A stretch of DNA of 27,696 nt, taken from positions 1 through 27,696 of the forward strand of contig CARXAY010000001.1 in the NCBI GenBank assembly GCA_949093475.1. Reading direction: 5' to 3'. The DNA is from an uncultured Oscillospiraceae bacterium. Its GTDB lineage: Bacteria; Bacillota; Clostridia; Oscillospirales; Oscillospiraceae. Position 1 is the stretch's first letter, and each line of letters opens with the position of its first letter. The notes under the pieces are model-generated. The model was not told the origin of the DNA, made no database searches, and saw only the letters and a list, made by a program, of their open reading frames with translations. The translations under genes were made by a program, and so were the position numbers. Shown piece by piece: positions 22,423-27,696 of this stretch.

Positions 22423-24081
22423 ATGGTAAGAAAACGCTTGTGTCTTTGGCTTTGTATCTGGACGCTTGCGCTGGGGCTCTTCACCGCTCCGGCGGGCCTT
22501 GCCATGACCTTAGAGGAAGTCCGGCCCGATGGAGAGGACGTGTCTCAAGCGACCGAGTATCATGTCACACTGGAGGGCCGGGCCATCGGCGAGGGACAGA
22601 CCCTCTCCTATGAAACCGTAGCCCCAGAGCTGGCGGGCAATCCCTTCGCCGCCGACTACTATCCCGGCGAGCTGACCGTAGAGCTGACTGGGCAGATCGT
22701 GATCGAAAAGGGCGGCTGTCTCGCCATCGGAACTCTGTCCAGCGGCAATGACAGGGAGGCAAGCCCGGTACTCCGGGGCGCGCTTTCCCCTGACGGTTTG
22801 ATCGTGGTGCGCCCGGGCGGAAGCCTTGTTTTGAAGAACGTGTCCCTTGACATGGAGGGCGAGGGTCTGTTCATTGTTCAGGAGCCGGGCGGCTCGGTGG
22901 AGCTGACCGACATGAAGCCGGACTCCGGTCTCATCGCATGGGCGCCGCCTATGGTGGCCAACACCCATCAGCAGCCCCGTGATCTCTGGCTGGAGGAGGG
23001 GACAGCCCTCGATGACGCCATGCTGCCCGGTACGCTGGACACCTATCTCCAATATCAGGGCAGCCAGCAGTGGAAGAGCCTCGCCCTCCAATGGGATACG
23101 GACGGCTGCAGCGGCCAGAAGTCGGGCGAATACACCCTCGCCGGGACGTTTTTGGATGAAAACGGTGAGGCTCTGGCCGCCGTCCGTCCCTTGACCCTGA
23201 CCGTCCATTGGTATCAGCCGGGCCGGCTGGTCGTCACCAACACCGCGTGGATGGGAGACACCGCCGCCTCCGCCAAGCTGGAGCTGAAGGAGCTGCCGGA
23301 GGAGGCCACCGAGGTCTGGGGTGAGACGTCCGCCGACGGCGGCGAGAGCTGGCAGCGGTGGGAGGACTTTGCGCTGCGCCGGGGCGAGACTGTGACCACG
23401 GGCGTATTCTCCCTGCCCAACGCCACCCCCCGTCAGTTCCGCATTCGGGCTGCCAATGAGCGCGAGCATCTCTACTGGACATCTGACAGCATACTGCTGC
23501 CCAAAGAGGAAACCAAGCCCAGCGACCAGGGGGGCAACCGAGGTGGCAGCACCGCCGTCATCCGGCCCAGCCGGACTCCCGCGCCCGCGCCCAGTCCGAC
23601 CCCTGCTCCCACGCCTTCACCTACACCCACGCCTACTCCCACGCCGCTTCCTACTCCAACGCCGATTTCTATTCCAACGCCCACAGCAGAGCCTATGCCG
23701 GTTCCCTCCGTGAAGCCTGTGCCCACCGCTGAACCGGCGGCTACGCCGGAGGTCACGCCCTCGGCGGCGGTGATCGCCCCCGTGACCCCGGCCACGCTCC
23801 CGCCCACGCCAGTCTCCACCGCGCAGCCAACTCCCACACCGTCTGTAGGGCACGGCATCCCTGACGTGCCGCCGACCCCGGAGCAGACTGCCGCTCCAAC
23901 GCCAAGCGTCCAGTCCTCCGCCCCGCCCTCCGCTGTCCCGGAGGTCACGCTGCCTCCGTCCCCGGCGGCGGAGGTCAGGGCGGAACAGCCTGCCCCGGCC
24001 CTGCAGGCCCTGTTGGCAGCAGCGGGCGTTGTGGTCTGTGCCCTGGTAGGGGTTTTTGTGGCCCGCAGAAAACGAAAATAG
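22423..24081 (+). CDS. Membrane-anchored surface protein (552 aa) with Ig-like domain(s), Pro/Thr stalk and C-terminal TM anchor
   Basis: AGGAGG then ATG 22423 (the ORF-track start 22108 overlaps the kinase). Signal peptide [27 protein letters not shown]; Big_4-like LPGTL...LQWD...[10 protein letters not shown]-terminal [24 protein letters not shown]. Confidence 0.88.
   Translation: MVRKRLCLWLCIWTLALGLFTAPAGLAMTLEEVRPDGEDVSQATEYHVTLEGRAIGEGQTLSYETVAPELAGNPFAADYYPGELTVELTGQIVIEKGGCLAIGTLSSGNDREASPVLRGALSPDGLIVVRPGGSLVLKNVSLDMEGEGLFIVQEPGGSVELTDMKPDSGLIAWAPPMVANTHQQPRDLWLEEGTALDDAMLPGTLDTYLQYQGSQQWKSLALQWDTDGCSGQKSGEYTLAGTFLDENGEALAAVRPLTLTVHWYQPGRLVVTNTAWMGDTAASAKLELKELPEEATEVWGETSADGGESWQRWEDFALRRGETVTTGVFSLPNATPRQFRIRAANEREHLYWTSDSILLPKEETKPSDQGGNRGGSTAVIRPSRTPAPAPSPTPAPTPSPTPTPTPTPLPTPTPISIPTPTAEPMPVPSVKPVPTAEPAATPEVTPSAAVIAPVTPATLPPTPVSTAQPTPTPSVGHGIPDVPPTPEQTAAPTPSVQSSAPPSAVPEVTLPPSPAAEVRAEQPAPALQALLAAAGVVVCALVGVFVARRKRK
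23575..23965 (+). repeat. Low-complexity Pro/Thr linker (PT dipeptide repeats)
   Basis: [37 protein letters not shown]...; degenerate at DNA level. Confidence 0.85.
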
Positions 24082-24095
24082 CAAGTCAGCCAGTT

Positions 24096-24128
24096 CCGCC
24101 CCAGCCTTGTGCCGGGGCGGCTTTTATT
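24096..24128 (+). terminator. Intrinsic terminator of the Pro/Thr-stalk protein gene
   Basis: CCGCCCC-agccttgtgcc-GGGGCGG followed by CTTTTATT on +; on the minus strand the hairpin is followed by AACTGG (no U tract). Confidence 0.7.
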
Positions 24129-24801
24129 CGCCTAAAAAGCGGTAGCCCTTGCGGTGGATGGTCTCGATATACCGCCCATCCGGACACAGCCGCTCCAGCT
24201 TTTGCCGCACCCTGGCCATGCACACCTGAATATTGTGGACGCCTTGGTTCATAGGGGACTTCCACACCCGGTCGTATAGCTCCTCGTAGGAGAACACCTG
24301 GCCCGGATGGCGGGCCAGAAAGGCCAGCAGGTCAAATTCCAAAGCGGTGAACGCCGCCGTCCGCTCCTCAAAGCGCACCTCCCGCAGCCCCATGTCGATG
24401 GTGAGACCGCCGAAGCTCAGCACCTCCCGCCGCTCGGCGTTTTCCCGGCGCAGGATGCGTCCCCGAAGCCGCAGCTCCAGCTCTTGGAGGGAATAGGGCT
24501 TGGCCAGATAGTCGTCTCCTCCGGCCAGCAGACCCCGGATGCGGTCGTCGGTGTCGGCATAGGCGGAGAGGAACAGGATGGGCACGCCGCTGACCTCCCG
24601 GATGCGGCGGCAGACCTCCACCCCGTCCAACCCCGGCATCTCCACGTCCAGCACGATGGCGTCCAGCGCGGCGGAGGAGGCGATCCGCAGGGCTTCCGCC
24701 CCGTCTCCGGCGGTGACCGCCTTGTAGCCCCGCTTTTCCAGATAGGCCCGGTTGGTGTTCAAAACATGGACATCGTCGTCCACCAGCAGCACCCGGTACA
24801 T
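24124..24801 (-). CDS. OmpR/PhoB-family response regulator (225 aa)
   Basis: [17 protein letters not shown] (phospho-acceptor Asp), [17 protein letters not shown]; winged helix [31 protein letters not shown]. Confidence 0.96.
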   Translation of the reverse strand: MYRVLLVDDDVHVLNTNRAYLEKRGYKAVTAGDGAEALRIASSAALDAIVLDVEMPGLDGVEVCRRIREVSGVPILFLSAYADTDDRIRGLLAGGDDYLAKPYSLQELELRLRGRILRRENAERREVLSFGGLTIDMGLREVRFEERTAAFTALEFDLLAFLARHPGQVFSYEELYDRVWKSPMNQGVHNIQVCMARVRQKLERLCPDGRYIETIHRKGYRFLGE

Positions 24802-24834
24802 CTCCTCCGCCCCTTTTCACAGCATTTCCTTTTT

Positions 24835-24843
24835 ATCATACCA
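24835..24843 (-). promoter_or_regulatory. Extended -10 promoter element for the response regulator gene
   Basis: TG-G-TATGAT on the minus strand ~35 nt upstream of the ATG; weak -35. Confidence 0.55.
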
Positions 24844-24863
24844 CACAACACGCCGTCCGAAAA

Positions 24864-24880
24864 GTCACAGGTTCGTCACA
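24864..24880. promoter_or_regulatory. Putative OmpR-family binding box (direct repeat, 11-bp period)
   Basis: GTCACA-ggttc-GTCACA between the divergent regulator and surface-protein promoters. Confidence 0.6.
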
Positions 24881-24893
24881 TTTGCCGGAATTG

Positions 24894-24923
24894 TAGAAAT
24901 CGGCGCGGGGGGGTTGCTATGAT
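24894..24923 (+). promoter_or_regulatory. Putative promoter of the downstream surface-protein gene
   Basis: Extended -10 TG-C-TATGAT (24915-24923); weak -35 TAGAAA (24894-24899) at an 18-nt spacer that contains G7. Confidence 0.55.
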
Positions 24924-24985
24924 AGCCTTATCAAGCTATCAGGGCGGGACAGTCCCGCCCTGCCCCGCAGGTCACCTGCGGGGCA
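24920..24985. repeat. Three abutting inverted repeats in the promoter/leader
   Basis: TGATAGC-N8-GCTATCA (24920-24941); CAGGGCGGGAC-a-GTCCCGCCCTG (24940-24962); TGCCCCGCAGGT-c-ACCTGCGGGGCA (24961-24985). Confidence 0.85.
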
Positions 24986-25012
24986 ACAGTCTTTGAAAGA
25001 GAGGATATTGCG

Positions 25013-27696
25013 ATGAAAAAGCGGCTTCTTTCAATCTTTTTGTGCCTGTGTATGGCCCTGACCCTGCTGCCCGTCCCGGCGCGGGCGGTATCCGCCGCGG
25101 TGCCCGACGCCGACGGGCTGAAGACCGCCATTGCCGCGGGCGGCACGGTCACCTTGGACGGCGACTTTACCGTTTCCGAAACTCTGAACGTCTCCGGGAG
25201 CGTCACCCTTGACCTGAACGGCCACACTGTGACGGCGGGCCAGCGCCTCACCTCCCTGTTCCATGTGGAGGAGGGCGGCCAGCTCATCATCCGGGACAGC
25301 GGCGCCGGCGGCGCGCTCCGGGCCACAGAGCCAGACCCGGACGACAATCACCCCCTCACCACCGATCTGGTATGCATAAAAGGGGGCGAGTTCTGGCTCA
25401 AGGGAGGCACTCTCGACGCGGCGGCGGGCGACGCGGTAGTGATACACTATGACGCCACCGGCGCGTCCTTCCTGATGACCGGCGGCACTCTGGAGGGCAA
25501 AACCGCCCTCTACCTGCGGGGCAAAAATAACCTGGCCGTGGTGACCGGAGGAAGCATCCACGGCAGCAACAATGCCCTTTATGTGGATGGTGTGTCCTAC
25601 GTCTATTTGGGCGGGGACGTGACCACCGACGGCGCCCTCCGCAATCCCAGAGGCGCTCTGACCGTCACCGGCGGGACGTACAGCGGCGTGCTGTATACCG
25701 GCTCTTCGAGTCAGTACGCCGACGTACCCACCGCGCTGATCTGCGGCGGCGTCTTCCACGGGGTGTGGCAGAGTAAGTATGGCGAGCTAATGCTCTACGG
25801 GGGGAGCTTTGCCCTTGATCCCGACGGGACTTACAGCTTCAAGACCAATCAGACGGACAAGACCCTGACGGACTATGTGGGCGCGGAGGCCACGCTGAAC
25901 CCAAGCGACGCCGACGGGACTTCCGCTTTCAGCGTCAACAAGCCGGAGGGCTGCAACCCCCAGATCGTGGGCGTTTTCGGCGCGGATCACGGGACAGTGG
26001 AAGCGGACGGAACCGCTCTGGACAGCGCCACCCGCCTCATTACCGACGACGGCGCGGAGATCACCGCCACCGCCAACAAGGGCTACACCAGCCACATAGA
26101 CGACAGCAAGGACGGCGTGATCCTGGTGACCTTCGCGCCCGAGACCCCGGTGGCTACTTTGGACTGGATGGAGGGCGGCGAGAGCAAATCCGCCCAGCTC
26201 ACTGGGAACGAGGTGCGCTATGATGCGACCGGCGACTATCTGCGCGACGCCGATCAGGACGCTGGGGCCTCAATGACCTTCCTTGCCGACACCGCCGCCA
26301 GTCTGGGCTTTGAGGGCATCTCCCCCGTCACCCTCACCAGCGATGAAAACGGGCCGTACACTCTCTCCCGTGATATGGCCGACGACGGCCACAGCAAGAC
26401 CGGCAAGATGCTTTCCATCGCCAGCGAGACCTCGGTCTCCGTCACCAAGCTGACCTTGGACGGCAGCGTTCCGCCCGCGCCGCCCTACTCCACCGAATCG
26501 CCCAAGTTCATCACGGTGAAGGGCGAGCTGACCCTTGGCAATGAGACCACGGTGCAAAACTGCCGGCCCAGCAATTATTATAACGTCCCCGCCCTGCCCC
26601 CCGCGGCGGTGGACGTGAGGGGCGGCGACCTCACCCTTGCCAGCGGCTCAAAGATCGTCAACAACCAAAGCAGGGATGGCGGCGTGGTAAAGAGCTACAA
26701 CGGCAACGTCAGTCTCTCAGGGAACGTGACCATCAAAGGCAACCATGCCGTGGATCTCTCCGACGTCTCCAGCTTTGACCAAGACGAGCTGGCCGCCGCC
26801 CCCATGACCACGGCCAATTTGGTGATGTATCAGACCCAGCAAAAGGCCGCTGGCGCGCCCATTCAGGTCACTGGGGCTCTCACCGGCGGGGAGGCGAGCA
26901 TCGGCCTCACCCTGCTGTACACCGAGATGGATCCCGAGCCAACCACCGGCAAGGTGGCGGCGGGGGCGGACTACACCCTCACCGAGACCGACTTGGCCGC
27001 CTTCTTCTCCGACCGGCCGGGCTACTTTCTCGCCCTGAATACCGAGGAAAACGCCGTCTATCTGGATAAATACGCCATCACCCGGCAGCCCACCGCCGAC
27101 ACGCCCACTGTGGTGGTGAACCAGACCAAGGACGCGGCCTACCAGTGGTATCCCACCACGGTGGTCACCGAGGATGTCACCGACCGGAACGCCAGTCCCT
27201 ATCAGACCACCAAGGACATCGACGGTAGTGATGTCGCTGTGTCCTCCTCTTACGCCGACGGCGCATGGACGGCGGCCATCGGCGACTGGGACAGCGGCTA
27301 CTTCACCAAGACGCTGAAGAAGGGAGATTCTCTGGCCGTTACCCTGCCCACCGCCGCCGTGCCCACCACGGGACAGCTGGGCCTCTACGACAAGGAAAAT
27401 TACGAGCAGCTGTGGTACTATTTTAGAGACTTTGACCCCGACGAAGGCGTGACCGCCGCCGAGGACGGCGACAACACCGTCATCACCTACACCGTCCCCG
27501 GGGATGGGACGTACACATTGATGCCGGACGGGCTGTCCGCCGCCGCCCCGGCCCTCTCGGCCACAGTGAAGGGAGTCCATCTGGGTACGGCCGTCAGCGG
27601 CCAGACCGCCGCCACCCTCACCGCCGATGACGCCGGGGACTACCTCTGCCAAGTCTCTTGGCCCGACGGCACGGTTTTGGACAGCGGCGTCATCTC
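25013..27696 (+). CDS. Large secreted surface protein (>=894 aa, 3' end beyond window) with beta-helix-like regions and an Ig-like domain
   Basis: GAGAGG then ATG 25013; signal peptide MKKRLLSIFLCLCMALTLLPVPARA; VTLDLNGHTV and repeated (L/V/M)xGG(T/S) turns; frame reads open to the window end by hand translation. Absent from the ORF track because it has no stop in the window. Confidence 0.9.
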   Translation, partial: MKKRLLSIFLCLCMALTLLPVPARAVSAAVPDADGLKTAIAAGGTVTLDGDFTVSETLNVSGSVTLDLNGHTVTAGQRLTSLFHVEEGGQLIIRDSGAGGALRATEPDPDDNHPLTTDLVCIKGGEFWLKGGTLDAAAGDAVVIHYDATGASFLMTGGTLEGKTALYLRGKNNLAVVTGGSIHGSNNALYVDGVSYVYLGGDVTTDGALRNPRGALTVTGGTYSGVLYTGSSSQYADVPTALICGGVFHGVWQSKYGELMLYGGSFALDPDGTYSFKTNQTDKTLTDYVGAEATLNPSDADGTSAFSVNKPEGCNPQIVGVFGADHGTVEADGTALDSATRLITDDGAEITATANKGYTSHIDDSKDGVILVTFAPETPVATLDWMEGGESKSAQLTGNEVRYDATGDYLRDADQDAGASMTFLADTAASLGFEGISPVTLTSDENGPYTLSRDMADDGHSKTGKMLSIASETSVSVTKLTLDGSVPPAPPYSTESPKFITVKGELTLGNETTVQNCRPSNYYNVPALPPAAVDVRGGDLTLASGSKIVNNQSRDGGVVKSYNGNVSLSGNVTIKGNHAVDLSDVSSFDQDELAAAPMTTANLVMYQTQQKAAGAPIQVTGALTGGEASIGLTLLYTEMDPEPTTGKVAAGADYTLTETDLAAFFSDRPGYFLALNTEENAVYLDKYAITRQPTADTPTVVVNQTKDAAYQWYPTTVVTEDVTDRNASPYQTTKDIDGSDVAVSSSYADGAWTAAIGDWDSGYFTKTLKKGDSLAVTLPTAAVPTTGQLGLYDKENYEQLWYYFRDFDPDEGVTAAEDGDNTVITYTVPGDGTYTLMPDGLSAAAPALSATVKGVHLGTAVSGQTAATLTADDAGDYLCQVSWPDGTVLDSGVI

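Noticed and set aside
22400..24123. Invertible segment (phase-variation switch) explaining the flipped gene between regulator and kinase
   Set aside because: No inverted repeats found between 22400-22422 and 24082-24123, and no recombinase gene in the window.
24931..27652. Minus-strand ORFs opposite the last gene (e.g. 25031-25759, 26717-27652)
   Set aside because: Shadows of the plus-strand surface-protein gene starting at 25013, which has an RBS and signal peptide.
1..27696. CRISPR array, DGR template/variable repeats, IS or prophage genes, tRNA/rRNA
   Set aside because: No regularly spaced DNA repeats, near-identical long duplicates, reverse transcriptase, transposase, integrase or RNA-gene signatures were seen by eye; the repeats present are protein-level and degenerate.

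Overview
GC-rich bacterial chromosomal segment. RNase Y, sigma-A-type promoters and GGAGG/GAGGTG ribosome-binding sites point to a high-GC Clostridia genome, possibly Oscillospiraceae-like (inference). The left 17.4 kb is a minus-strand two-gene operon behind a near-consensus promoter. Its first gene (17302-11924) encodes a ~1790-aa secreted protein with seven divergent ~130-aa repeats, most ending in YWW. Its second gene (11910 to <1) encodes a giant Thr-rich repeat surface protein of at least 3970 aa; it runs off the window and is missing from the ORF track, where only its antisense shadow ORFs appear. Both genes carry sharply bounded, in-frame AT-rich patches. The centre is housekeeping: rny, a dCMP-deaminase-family gene and a small membrane Zn-ribbon protein. 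The right part holds a 7TM-DISM-type histidine kinase and an OmpR-family regulator on the minus strand, separated by an oppositely oriented Pro/Thr-stalk surface-protein gene whose start codon lies only ~30 bp from the kinase start (candidate noncontiguous operon). A divergent control region follows, with an 11-bp-period direct repeat and three abutting palindromes, upstream of a second truncated surface-protein gene of beta-helix type. No RNA genes, mobile elements or CRISPR arrays were recognised. All domain calls are by eye; no database search was run.
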